A DNA stretch of 64,000 nucleotides from Auanema rhodensis (Eukaryota; Animalia; Nematoda). The stretch spans positions 1,116,001-1,180,000 of the forward strand of contig OZ059895.1 of the NCBI GenBank assembly GCA_964057225.1, in the 5' to 3' direction. Of this stretch, positions 1-14,500 are shown piece after piece. Below the pieces are notes generated by a model. It made no database searches. It saw only the letters and a list, made by a program, of their open reading frames with translations, and had not been told where the DNA came from. The position numbers were made by a program, and so were the translations under genes. The first letter of the stretch is position 1. Each line of letters starts with the position of its first letter.

Positions 1-3000
1 ACACTAATGCATCATTTTTCAAACGATCATAACTAGTTTTTGTATTAAGCGTTTCTCAATGTAGTATAGTGCATTCGATGCGGATTTTTAAGCTGCGTCG
101 ATCTGTGTTATCAGATTTGCGCTAGCGTAAAAATGCACCGAGATATCAACTGATATAAGTTCACACTTATATCCTCGATTTTCACCCTGAAGATTTAATT
201 TTTTCGTTGAATAACATTGTCCATCGTCTTTGCCTTGAAAAAAGAAATCTAAAAACATCTACTTTTTGCTAAATTATCTTGAAATTTTTCGAAAAAATTT
301 TTGTCAAAATGTTTTTGGAAGCAATGTTGAGTGTACATGGAAACTCAACATACACTAATGCATCAGTTTTCAAACGATCATAACTAATTTTTGTATTAAG
401 CGTTTCTCAATGTAGTATAGTGCATTCGATGCGGATTTTTAAGCTGCGTCGATCTGTGTTATCAGATTTGCGCTAGCTTAAAAATGCACCGAGATATCAA
501 CTGATATAAGTTCACACTTATATCCTCGATTTTCACCTTGGAGAATTAATTTTTTCGTTGGATAACATTGTCCATCGTCTTTGCCTTAAAAAAAGGAATC
601 TAAAAACATCTACTTTTTGCTAAATTATTTTGAAATTTTTCGAAAAAATTTTTGTCAAAATGTTTTTGGAAGCAATGTTGAGTGTACATGGAAACTCAAC
701 ATACACTAATGCATCATTTTTCAAACGATCATAACTAGTTTTTGTATTAAGCGTTTCTCAATGTAGTATAGTGCATTCGATGCGGATTTTTAAGCTGCGT
801 CGATCTGTGTTATCAGATTTGCGCTAGCGTAAAAATGCACCGAGATATCAACTGATATAAGTTCACACTTATATCCTCGATTTTCACCCTGAAGATTTAA
901 TTTTTTCGTTGAATAACATTGTCCATCGTCTTTGCCTTGAAAAAAGGAAATTAAAAACATCTACTTTTTGCTAAATTATTCTGAAATTTTTCGAAAAAAT
1001 TTTTGTCAAAATGTTTTTGGAAGCAATGTTGAGTGTGCATGGAAACTCAACATACACTAATGCATCATTTTTCAAACGATCATAACTAGTTTTTGTATTA
1101 AGCGTTTCTCAATGTAGTATAGTGCATTCGATGCGGATTTTTAAGCTGCGTCGATCTGTGTTATCAGATTTGCGCTAGCGTAAAAATGCACCGAGATATC
1201 AACTGACATAAGTTCACACTTATATCCTCGATTTTCACCCTGAAGATTTAATTTTTTCGTTGAATAACATTGTCCATCGTCTTTGCCTTGAAAAAAGGAA
1301 ATTAAAAACATCTACTTTTTGCTAAATTATTCTGAAATTTCTCGAAAAAATTTTTGTCAAAATGTTTTTGGAAGCAATGTTGAGTGTGCATGGAAACTCA
1401 ACATACACTAATGCATCAGTTTTCAAACGATCATAACTAATTTTTGTATCAAGCGTTTCTCAATGTAGTATAGTGCATTCGATGCGGATTTTTAAGCTGC
1501 GTCGATCTGTGTTATCAGATTTGCGCTAGCTTAAAAATGCACCGAGATATCAACTGATATAAGTTCACACTTATATCCTCCATTTTCACCCTGAAGATTT
1601 AATTTTTTCGTTGAATAACATTGTCCATCGTCTTTGCCTTGAAAAAAGGAATCTGAAAACATCTACTTTTTGCTAAATTATTCTGAAATTTTTCGAAAAA
1701 ATTTTTGTCAAAATGTTTTTGGAAGCAATGTTGAGTGTGCATGGAAACTCAACATACACTAATGCATCATTTTTCAAACGATCATAACTAATTTTTGTAT
1801 TAAGCGTTTCTCAATGCAGTATAGTGCATTCGATGCGGATTTTTAAGCTGCGTCGATCTGTGTTATCAGATTTGCGCTAGCGTAAAAATGCACCGAGATA
1901 TCAACTGATATAAGTTCACACTTATATCCTCGATTTTCACCCTGAAGATTTAATTTTTTCGTTGAATAACATTGTCCATCGTCTTTGCCTTGAGAAAAGA
2001 AATCTAAAAACATCTACTTTTTGCTAAATTATCTTGAAATTTTTCGAAAAAATTTTTGTCAAAATGTTTTTGGAAGCAATGTTGAGTGTACATGGAAACT
2101 CAACATACACTAATGCATCAGTTTTCAAACGATCATAACTAATTTTTGTATTAAGCGTTTCTCAATGTAGTATAGTGCATTCGATGCGGATTTTTAAGCT
2201 GCGTCGATCTGTGTTATCAGATTTGCGCTAGCTTAAAAATGCACCGAGATATCAACTGATATAAGTTCACACTTATATCCTCGATTTTCACCTTGGAGAA
2301 TTAATTTTTTCGTTGGATAACATTGTCCATCGTCTTTGCCTTAAAAAAAGGAATCTAAAAACATCTACTTTTTGCTAAATTATTTTGAAATTTTTCGAAA
2401 AAATTTTTGTCAAAATGTTTTTGGAAGCAATGTTGAGTGTACATGGAAACTCAACATACACTAATGCATCATTTTTCAAACGATCATAACTAGTTTTTGT
2501 ATTAAGCGTTTCTCAATGTAGTATAGTGCATTCGATGCGGATTTTTAAGCTGCGTCGATCTGTGTTATCAGATTTGCGCTAGCGTAAAAATGCACCGAGA
2601 TATCAACTGATATAAGTTCACACTTATATCCTCGATTTTCACCCTGAAGATTTAATTTTTTCGTTGAATAACATTGTCCATCGTCTTTGCCTTGAAAAAA
2701 GGAAATTAAAAACATCTACTTTTTGCTAAATTATTCTGAAATTTTTCGAAAAAATTTTTGTCAAAATGTTTTTGGAAGCAATGTTGAGTGTGCATGGAAA
2801 CTCAACATACACTAATGCATCATTTTTCAAACGATCATAACTAGTTTTTGTATTAAGCGTTTCTCAATGTAGTATAGTGCATTCGATGCGGATTTTTAAG
2901 CTGCGTCGATCTGTGTTATCAGATTTGCGCTAGCGTAAAAATGCACCGAGATATCAACTGACATAAGTTCACACTTATATCCTCGATTTTCACCCTGAAG

Positions 3001-3510
3001 ATTTAATTTTTTCGTTGAATAACATTGTCCATCGTCTTTGCCTTGAAAAAAGGAAATTAAAAACATCTACTTTTTGCTAAATTATTCTGAAATTTCTCGA
3101 AAAAATTTTTGTCAAAATGTTTTTGGAAGCAATGTTGAGTGTGCATGGAAACTCAACATACACTAATGCATCAGTTTTCAAACGATCATAACTAATTTTT
3201 GTATCAAGCGTTTCTCAATGTAGTATAGTGCATTCGATGCGGATTTTTAAGCTGCGTCGATCTGTGTTATCAGATTTGCGCTAGCTTAAAAATGCACCGA
3301 GATATCAACTGATATAAGTTCACACTTATATCCTCCATTTTCACCCTGAAGATTTAATTTTTTCGTTGAATAACATTGTCCATCGTCTTTGCCTTGAAAA
3401 AAGGAATCTGAAAACATCTACTTTTTGCTAAATTATTCTGAAATTTTTCGAAAAAATTTTTGTCAAAATGTTTTTGGAAGCAATGTTGAGTGTGCATGGA
3501 AACTCAACAT
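1..3510. repeat. Domain A: 5-monomer (1755 bp) higher-order repeat, 2 copies
   Basis: m2-m5 (352-1755) match m7-m10 (2107-3510) at diagnostic variants (CATCAG, AACTAG, GCTAGCG, CCTTGGAG, TGACATA, CCTCCAT, GTGTGCAT). m1 and m6 are similar. Confidence 0.9.
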
Positions 3511-4914
3511 ACACTAATGCATCATTTTTCAAACGATCATAACTAATTTTTGTATTAAGCGTTTCTCAATGCAGTATAGTGCATTCGATGCGGATTTTTA
3601 AGCTGCGTCGATCTGTGTTATCAGATTTGCGCTAGCTTAAAAATGCACCGAGATATCAACTGATATAAGTTCACACTTATATCCTCGATTTTCACCCTGA
3701 AGATTTAATTTTTTCGTTGAATAACATTGTCCGTCGTCTTTGCCTTGAAAAATGGAATCTAAAAACATCTACTTTTTGCTAAATTATTTTGAAATTTTTC
3801 GAAAAAATTTTTGTCAAAATGTTTTTGGAAGCAATGTTGAGTGTACATGGAAACTCAACATACACTAATGCATCATTTTTCAAACGATCATAACTAATTT
3901 TTGTATTAAGCGTTTCTCAATGTAGTATAGTGCATTCGATGCGGATTTTTAAGCTGCGTCGATCTGTGTTATCAGATTTGCGCTAGCTTAAAAATGCACC
4001 GAGATATCAACTGATATAAGTTCACACTTATATCCTCGATTTTCACCCTGAAGAATTAATTTTTTCGTTGGATAACATTGTCCATCGTCTTTGCCTTAAA
4101 AAAAGGAATCTAAAAACATCTACTTTTTGCTAAATTATTTTGAAATTTTTCGAAAAAATTTTTGTCAAAATGTTTTTGGAAGCAATGTTGAGTGTGCATG
4201 GAAACTCAACATACACTAATGCATCATTTTTCAAACGATCATAACTAATTTTTGTATTAAGCGTTTCTCAATGCAGTATAGTGCATTCGATGCGGATTTT
4301 TAAGCTGCGTCGATCTGTGTTATCAGATTTGCGCTAGCTTAAAAATGCACCGAGATATCAACTGATATAAGTTCACACTTATATCCTCGATTTTCACCCT
4401 GAAGATTTAATTTTTTCGTTGAATAACATTGTCCATCGTCTTTGCCTTGAAAAATGGAATCTAAAAACATCTACTTTTTGCTAAATTATTTTGAAATTTT
4501 TCGAAAAAATTTTTGTCAAAATGTTTTTGGAAGCAATGTTGAGTGTACATGGAAACTCAACATACACTAATGCATCATTTTTCAAACGATCATAACTAAT
4601 TTTTGTATTAAGCGTTTCTCAATGTAGTATAGTGCATTCGATGCGGATTTTTAAGCTGCGTCGATCTGTGTTATCAGATTTGCGCTAGCTTAAAAATGCA
4701 CCGAGATATCAACTGATATATATTCACACTTATATCCTCGATTTTCACGCTGAAGAATTAATTTTTTCGTTGAATAACATTGTCCATCGTCTTTGCCTTG
4801 AAAAAAGGAATTTAAAAACATCTACTTTTTGCTAAATTATCTTGAAATTTTTCGAAAAAATTTTTGTCAAAATGTTTTTGGAAGCAATGTTGAGTGTACA
4901 TGGAAACTCAACAT

Positions 4915-7900
4915 ACACTAATGCATCATTTTTCAAACGATCATAACTAATTTTTGTATTAAGCGTTTCTCAATGTAGTATAGTGCATTCGATGCGGATT
5001 TTTAAACTGCGTCGATCTGTGTTATCAGATTTGCGCTAGCTTAAAAATGCACCGAGATATCAACTGATATAAGTTCACACTTATATCCTCGATTTTCACC
5101 CTGAAGAATTAATTTTTTCGTTGAATAACATTGTCCATCGTCTTTGCCTTGAAAAAAGGAATCTAAAAACATCTACTTTTTGCTAAATTATTTCGAAATT
5201 TTTCGAAAAAATTTTTGTCAAAATGTTTTTGGAAGCAATGTTGAGTGTACATGGAAACTCAACATACACTAATGCATCATTTTTCAAACGATCATAACTA
5301 ATTTTTGTATTAAGCGTTTCTCAATGCAGTATAGTGCATTCGATGCGGATTTTTAAGCTGCGTCGATCTGTGTTATCAGATTTGCGCTAGCTTAAAAATG
5401 CACCGAGATATCAACTGATATAAGTTCACACTTATATCCTCGATTTTCACCCTGAAGAATTAATTTTTTCGTTGGATAACGTTGTCCATCGTCTTTGCCT
5501 TAAAAAAAGGAATCTAAAAACATCTACTTTTTGCTAAATTATTTTGAAATTTTTCGAAAAAATTTTTGTCAAAATGTTTTTGGAAGCAATGTTGAGTGTA
5601 CATGGAAACTCAACATACACTAATGCATCATTTTTCAAACGATCATAATTAATTTTTGTATTAAGCGTTTCTCAATGTAGTATAATGCATTCGATGCGGA
5701 TTTTTAAGCTGCGTCGATCTGTGTTATCAGATTTGCGCTAGCTTAAAAATGCACCGAGATATCAACTGATATAAGTTCACACTTATATCCTCGATTTTCA
5801 CGCTGAAGAATTAATTTTTTCGTTGAATAACATTGTCCATCGTCTTTGCCTTGAAAAAAGGAATTTAAAAACATCTACTTTTTGCTAAATTATCTTGAAA
5901 TTTTTCGAAAAAATTTTTGTCAAAATGTTTTTGGAAGCAATGTTGAGTGTACATGGAAACTCAACATACACTAATGCATCATTTTTCAAACGATCATAAC
6001 TAATTTTTGTATTAAGCGTTTCTCAATGTAGTATAGTGCATTCGATGCGGATTTTTAAGCTGCGTCGATCTGTGTTATCAGATTTGCGCTAGCTTAAAAA
6101 TGCACCGAGATATCAACTGATATAAGTTCACACTTATATCCTCGATTTTCACGCTGAAGAATTAATTTTTTCGTTGAATAACATTGTCCATCGTCTTTGC
6201 CTTGAAAAAAGGAATCTAAAAACATCTACTTTTTGCTAAATTATTTCGAAATTTTTCGAAAAAATTTTTGTCAAAATGTTTTTGGAAGCAATGTTGAGTG
6301 TACATGGAAACTCAACATACACTAATGCATCATTTTTCAAACGATCATAACTAATTTTTGTATTAAGCGTTTCTCAATGTAGTATAGTGCATTCGATGCG
6401 GATTTTTAAACTGCGTCGATCTGTGTTATCAGATTTGCGCTAGCTTAAAAATGCACCGAGATATCAACTGATATAAGTTCACACTTATATCCTCGATTTT
6501 CACCCTGAAGAATTAATTTTTTCGTTGAATAACATTGTCCATCGTCTTTGCCTTGAAAAAAGGAATCTAAAAACATCTACTTTTTGCTAAATTATTTCGA
6601 AATTTTTCGAAAAAATTTTTGTCAAAATGTTTTTGGAAGCAATGTTGAGTGTACATGGAAACTCAACATACACTAATGCATCATTTTTCAAACGATCATA
6701 ACTAATTTTTGTATTAAGCGTTTCTCAATGCAGTATAGTGCATTCGATGCGGATTTTTAAGCTGCGTCGATCTGTGTTATCAGATTTGCGCTAGCTTAAA
6801 AATGCACCGAGATATCAACTGATATAAGTTCACACTTATATCCTCGATTTTCACCCTGAAGAATTAATTTTTTCGTTGGATAACGTTGTCCATCGTCTTT
6901 GCCTTAAAAAAAGGAATCTAAAAACATCTACTTCTTGCTAAATTATTTTGAAATTTTTCGAAAAAATTTTTGTCAAAATGTTTTTGGAAGCAATGTTGAG
7001 TGTACATGGAAACTCAACATACACTAATGCATCATTTTTCAAACGATCATAATTAATTTTTGTATTAAGCGTTTCTCAATGTAGTATAATGCATTCGATG
7101 CGGATTTTTAAGCTGCGTCGATCTGTGTTATCAGATTTGCGCTAGCTTAAAAATGCACCGAGATATCAACTGATATAAGTTCACACTTATATCCTCGATT
7201 TTCACGCTGAAGAATTAATTTTTTCGTTGAATAACATTGTCCATCGTCTTTGCCTTGAAAAAAGGAATTTAAAAACATCTACTTTTTGCTAAATTATCTT
7301 GAAATTTTTCGAAAAAATTTTTGTCAAAATGTTTTTGGAAGCAATGTTGAGTGTACATGGAAACTCAACATACACTAATGCATCATTTTTCAAACGATCA
7401 TAACTAATTTTTGTATTAAGCGTTTCTCAATGTAGTATAGTGCATTCGATGCGGATTTTTAAGCTGCGTCGATCTGTGTTATCAGATTTGCGCTAGCTTA
7501 AAAATGCACCGAGATATCAACTGATATAAGTTCACACTTATATCCTCGATTTTCACGCTGAAGAATTAATTTTTTCGTTGAATAACATTGTCCATCGTCT
7601 TTGCCTTGAAAAAAGGAATCTAAAAACATCTACTTTTTGCTAAATTATTTCGAAATTTTTCGAAAAAATTTTTGTCAAAATGTTTTTGGAAGCAATGTTG
7701 AGTGTACATGGAAACTCAACATACACTAATGCATCATTTTTCAAACGATCATAACTAATTTTTGTATTAAGCGTTTCTCAATGTAGTATAGTGCATTCGA
7801 TGCGGATTTTTAAACTGCGTCGATCTGTGTTATCAGATTTGCGCTAGCTTAAAAATGCACCGAGATATCAACTGATATAAGTTCACACTTATATCCTCGA

Positions 7901-8424
7901 TTTTCACCCTGAAGAATTAATTTTTTCGTTGAATAACATTGTCCATCGTCTTTGCCTTGAAAAAAGGAATCTAAAAACATCTACTTTTTGCTAAATTATT
8001 TCGAAATTTTTCGAAAAAATTTTTGTCAAAATGTTTTTGGAAGCAATGTTGAGTGTACATGGAAACTCAACATACACTAATGCATCATTTTTCAAACGAT
8101 CATAACTAATTTTTGTATTAAGCGTTTCTCAATGCAGTATAGTGCATTCGATGCGGATTTTTAAGCTGCGTCGATCTGTGTTATCAGATTTGCGCTAGCT
8201 TAAAAATGCACCGAGATATCAACTGATATAAGTTCACACTTATATCCTCGATTTTCACCCTGAAGAATTAATTTTTTCGTTGGATAACGTTGTCCATCGT
8301 CTTTGCCTTAAAAAAAGGAATCTAAAAACATCTACTTTTTGCTAAATTATTTTGAAATTTTTCGAAAAAATTTTTGTCAAAATGTTTTTGGAAGCAATGT
8401 TGAGTGTACATGGAAACTCAACAT
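4915..8424. repeat. 4-monomer (1404 bp) higher-order repeat, ~2.5 copies
   Basis: The cycle A92+C280 / C62+G210+G216+A237 / T33+A69+G186+T249+C278 / G186+C280 starts at 4915, 6319 and 7723. Confidence 0.9.
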
Positions 8425-11400
8425 ACACTAATGCATCATTTTTCAAACGATCATAACTAATTTTTGTATTAAGCGTTTCTCAATGTAGTATAATGCATTC
8501 GATGCGGATTTTTAAGCTGCGTCGATCTGTGTTATCAGATTTGCGCTAGCTTAAAAATGCACCGAGATATCAACTGATATAAGTTCACACTTATATCCTC
8601 GATTTTCACCCTGAAGATTTAATTTTTTCGTTGAATAACATTGTCCATCGTCTTTGCCTTGAAAAATGGAATCTAAAAACATCTACTTTTTGCTAAATTA
8701 TTTTGAAATTTTTCGAAAAAAGTTTTGTCAAAATGTTTTTGGAAGCAATGTTGAGTGTACATGGGAACTCAACATACACTAATGCATCATTTTTCAAACG
8801 ATCATAACTAATTTTTGTATTAAGCGTTTCTCAATGCAGTATAGTGCATTCGATGCGGATTTTTAAGCTGCGTCAATCTGTGTTATCAGATTTGCGCTAG
8901 CTTAAAAATGCACCGAGATATCAACTGATATAAGTTCACACTTATATCCTCGATTTTCACCCTGAAGAATTAATTTTTTCGTTGGATAACATTGTCCATC
9001 GTCTTTGCCTTAAAAAAAGGAATCTAAAAACATCTACTTTTTGCTAAATTATTTTGAAATTTTTCGAAAAAATTTTTGTCAAAATGTTTTTGGAAGCAAT
9101 GTTGAGTGTACATGGAAACTCAACATACACTAATGCATCATTTTTCAAACAATCATAACTAATTTTTGTATTAAGCGTTTCTCAATGTAGTATAGTGCAA
9201 TCGATGCGGATTTTTAAGCTGCGTCGATCTGTGTTATCAGACTTGCGCTAGCTTAAAAATGCACCGAGATATCAACTGATATAAGTTCACACTTATATCC
9301 TCGATTTTCACCCTGAAGAATTAATTTTTTCGTTGAATAACATTGTCCATCGTCTTTGCCTTGAAAAAAGGAATCTAAAAACATCTACTTTTTGCTAAAT
9401 TATTTTGAAATTTTTCGAAAAAATTTTTGTCAAAATGTTTTTGGAAGCAATGTTGAGTGTACATGGAAACTCAACATACACTAATGCATCATTTTTCAAA
9501 CGATCATAACTAATTTTTGTATTAAGCGTTTCTCAATGTAGTATAGTGCATTCGATGCGGATTTTTAAGCTGCGTCGATCTGTGTTATCAGATTTGCGCT
9601 AGCTTAAAAATGCACCGAGATATCAACTGATATAAGTTCACACTTATATCCTCGATTTTCACGCTGAAGAATTAATTTTTTCGTTGAATAACATTGTCCA
9701 TCGTCTTTGCCTTGAAAAAAGGAATCTAAAAACATCTACTTTTTGCTAAATTATTTTGAAATTTTTCGAAAAAATTTTTGTCAAAATGTTTTTGGAAGCA
9801 ATGTTGAGTGTACATGGAAACTCAACATACACTAATGCATCATTTTTCAAACGATCATAACTAATTTTTGTATTAAGCGTTTCTCAATGTAGTATAGTGC
9901 ATTCGATGCGGATTTTTAAGCTGCGTCGATCTGTGTTATCAGATTTGCGCTAGCTTAAAAATGCACCGAGATATCAACTGATATAAGTTCACACTTATAT
10001 CCTCGATTTTCACGCTGAAGAATTAATTTTTTCGTTGAATAACATTGTCCATCGTCTTTGCCTTGAAAAAAGGAATCTAAAAACATCTACTTTTTGCTAA
10101 ACTATTTTGAAATTTTTCGAAAAAATTTTTGTCAAAATGTTTTTGGAAGCAATGTTGAGTGTACATGGAAACTCAACATACACTAATGCATCATTTTTCA
10201 AACAATCATAACTAATTTTTGTATTAAGCGTTTCTCAATGTAGTATAGTGCAATCGATGCGGATTTTTAAGCTGCGTCGATCTGTGTTATCAGACTTGCG
10301 CTAGCTTAAAAATGCACCGAGATATCAACTGATATAAGTTCACACTTATATCCTCGATTTTCACCCTGAAGAATTAATTTTTTCGTTGAATAACATTGTC
10401 CATCGTCTTTGCCTTGAAAAAAGGAATCTAAAAACATCTACTTTTTGCTAAATTATTTTGAAATTTTTCGAAAAAATTTTTGTCAAAATGTTTTTGGAAG
10501 CAATGTTGAGTGTACATGGGAACTCAACATACACTAATGCATCATTTTTCAAACGATCATAACTAATTTTTGTATTAAGCGTTTCTCAATGTAGTATAGT
10601 GCATTCGATGCGGATTTTCAAGCTGCGTCGATCTGTGTTATCAGATTTGCGCTAGCTTAAAAATGCACCGAGATATCAACTGATATAAGTTCACACTTAT
10701 ATCCTCGATTTTCACCCTGAAGAATTAATTTGTTCGTTGAATAACATTGTCCATCGTCTTTGCCTTGAAAAAAGGAATCTAAAAACATCTACTTTTTGCT
10801 AAATTATTTCGAAATTTTTCGAAAAAATTTTTGTCAAAATGTTTTTGGAAGCAATGTTGAGTGTACATGGGAACTCAACATACACTAATGCATCATTTTT
10901 CAAACGATCATAACTAATTTTTGTATTAAGCGTTTCTCAATGCAGTATAGTGCATTCGATGCGGATTTTTAAGCTGCGTCAATCTGTGTTATCAGATTTG
11001 CGCTAGCTTAAAAATGCACCGAGATATCAACTGATATAAGTTCACACTTATATCCTCGATTTTCACCCTGAAGATTTAATTTTTTCGTTGAATAACATTG
11101 TCCATCGTCTTTGCCTTGAAAAATGGAATCTAGAAACATCTACTTTTTGCTAAATTATTTTGAAATTTTTCGAAAAAATTTTTGTCAAAATGTTTTTGGA
11201 AGCAATGTTGAGTGTACATGGAAACTCAACATACACTAATGCATCATTTTTCAAACGATCATAACTAATTTATGTATTAAGCGTTTCTCAATGTAGTATA
11301 GTGCATTCGATGCGGATTTTTAAGCTGCGTCGATCTGTGTTATCAGATTTGCGCTAGCTTAAAAATGCACCGAGATATCAACTGATATAAGTTCACACTT

Positions 11401-11583
11401 ATATCCTCGATTTTCACCCTGAAGAATTAATTTGTTCGTTGAATAACATTGTCCATCGTCTTTGCCTTGAAAAAAGGAATCTAAAAACATCTACTTTTTG
11501 CTAAATTATTTCGAAATTTTTCGAAAAAATTTTTGTCAAAATGTTTTTGGAAGCAATGTTGAGTGTACATGGGAACTCAACAT

Positions 11584-14500
11584 ACACTAATGCATCATTT
11601 TTCAAACGATCATAACTAATTTTTGTATTAAGCGTTTCTCAATGCAGTATAGTGCATTCGATGCGGATTTTTAAGCTGCGTCAATCTGTGTTATCAGATT
11701 TGCGCTAGCTTAAAAATGCACCGAGATATCAACTGATATAAGTTCACACTTATATCCTCGATTTTCACCCTGAAGATTTAATTTTTTCGTTGAATAACAT
11801 TGTCCATCGTCTTTGCCTTGAAAAATGGAATCTAGAAACATCTACTTTTTGCTAAATTATTTTGAAATTTTTCGAAAAAATTTTTGTCAAAATGTTTTTG
11901 GAAGCAATGTTGAGTGTACATGGAAACTCAACATACACTAATGCATCATTTTTCAAACGATCATAACTAATTTATGTATTAAGCGTTTCTCAATGTAGTA
12001 TAGTGCATTCGATGCGGATTTTTAAGCTGCGTCGATCTGTGTTATCAGATTTGCGCTAGCTTAAAAATGCACCGAGATATCAACTGATATAAGTTCACAC
12101 TTATATCCTCGATTTTCACGCTGAAGAATTAATTTTTTCGTTGAATAACATTGTCCATCGTCTTTGCCTTGAAAAAAGGAATCTTAAAACATCTACTTTT
12201 TGCTAAATTATCTTGAAATTTTTCGAAAAAATTTTTGTCAAAATGTTTTTGGAAGCAATGTTGAGTGTACATGGAAACTCAACATACACTAATGCATCAT
12301 TTTTCAAACGATCATAACTAATTTTTGTATTAAGCGTTTCTCAATGTAGTATAGTGCAATCGATGCGGATTTTTAAGCTGCGTCGATCTGTGTTATCAGA
12401 TTTGCGCTAGCTTAAAAATGCACCGAGATATCAACTGATATAAGTTCACACTTATATCCTCGATTTTCACGCTGAAGAATTAATTTTTTCGTTGAATAAC
12501 ATTGTCCATCGTCTTTGCCTTGAAAAAAGGAATCTAAAAACATCTACTTTTTGCTAAATTATTTCGAAATTTTTCGAAAAAATTTTTGTCAAAATGTTTT
12601 TGGAAGCAATGTTGAGTGTACATGGAAACTCAACATACACTAATGCATCATTTTTCAAACGATCATAACTAATTTTTGTATTAAGCGTTTCTCAATGTAG
12701 TATAGTGCATTCGATGCGGATTTTTAAACTGCGTCGATCTGTGTTATCAGATTTGCGCTAGCTTAAAAATGCACCGAGATATCAACTGATATAAGTTCAC
12801 ACTTATATCCTCGATTTTCACCCTGAAGAATTAATTTTTTCGTTGAATAACATTGTCCATCGTCTTTGCCTTAAAAAAAGGAATCTAAAAACATCTACTT
12901 TTTGCTAAATTATTTCGAAATTTTTCGAAAAAATTTTTGTCAAAATGTTTTTGGAAGCAATGTTGAGTGTACATGGAAACTCAACATACACTAATGCATC
13001 ATTTTTCAAACGATCATAACTAATTTTTGTATTAAGCGTTTCTCAATGTAGTATAGTGCATTCGATGCGGATTTCTAAGCTGCGTCGATCTGTGTTATCA
13101 GATTTGCGCTAGCTTAAAAATGCACCGAGATATCAACTGATATAAGTTCACACTTATATCCTCGATTTTCACGCTGAAGAATTAATTTTTTCGTTGAATA
13201 ACATTGTCCATCGTCTTTGCCTTGAAAAAAGGAATCTAAAAACATCTACTTTTTGCTAAATTATTTCGAAATTTTTCGAAAAAATTTTTGTCAAAATGTT
13301 TTTGGAAGCAATGTTGAGTGTACATGGAAACTCAACATACACTAATGCATCATTTTTCAAACGATCATAACTAATTTTTGTATTAAGCGTTTCTCAATGT
13401 AGTATAGTGCATTCGATGCGGATTTTTAAACTGCGTCGATCTGTGTTATCAGATTTGCGCTAGCTTAAAAATGCACCGAGATATCAACTGATATAAGTTC
13501 ACACTTATATCCTCGATTTTCACCCTGAAGAATTAATTTTTTCGTTGAATAACATTGTCCATCGTCTTTGCCTTGAAAAAAGGAATCTAAAAACATCTAC
13601 TTTTTCCTAAATTATTTCGAAATTTTTCGAAAAAATTTTTGTCAAAATGTTTTTGGAAGCAATGTTGAGTGTACATGGAAACTCAACATACACTAATGCA
13701 TCGTTTTTCAAACGATCATAACTAATTTTTGTATTAAGCGTTTCTCAATGCAGTATAGTGCATTCGATGCGGATTTTTAAGCTGCGTCGATCTGTGTTAT
13801 CAGATTTGCGCTAGCTTAAAAATGCACCGAGATATCAACTGATATAAGTTCACACTTATATCCTCGATTTTCACCCTGAAGAATTAATTTTTTCGTTGGA
13901 TAACGTTGTCCATCGTCTTTGCCTTAAAAAAAGGAATCTAAAAACATCTACTTTTTGCTAAATTATTTTGAAATTTTTCGAAAAAATTTTTGTCAAAATG
14001 TTTTTGGAAGCAATGTTGAGTGTACATGGAAACTCAACATACACTAATGCATCATTTTTCAAACGATCATAACTAATTTTTGTATTAAGCGTTTCTCAAT
14101 GTAGTATAATGCATTCGATGCGGATTTTTAAGCTGCGTCGATCTGTGTTATCAGATTTGCGCTAGCTTAAAAATGCACCGAGATATCAACTGATATAAGT
14201 TCACACTTATATCCTCGATTTTCACGCTGAAGAATTAATTTTTTCGTTGAATAACATTGTCCATCGTCTTTGCCTTGAAAAAAGGAATCTAAAAACATCT
14301 ACTTTTTGCTAAATTATTTTGAAATTTTTCGAAAAAATTTTTGTCAAAATGTTTTTGGAAGCAATGTTGAGTGTACATGGAAACTCAACATACACTAATG
14401 CATCATTTTTCAAACAATCATAACTAATTTTTGTATTAAGCGTTTCTCAATGTAGTATAGTGCAATCGATGCGGATTTTTAAGCTGCGTCGATCTGTGTT

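Noticed and set aside
5467-5483. CENP-B box-like motif TTTCGTTGGATAACGTT (pos 202-218, G210/G216 allele)
   Set aside because: It matches TTCG and the central A of NTTCGNNNNANNCGGGN but lacks the essential CGGG. The closer-looking allele is a minority.
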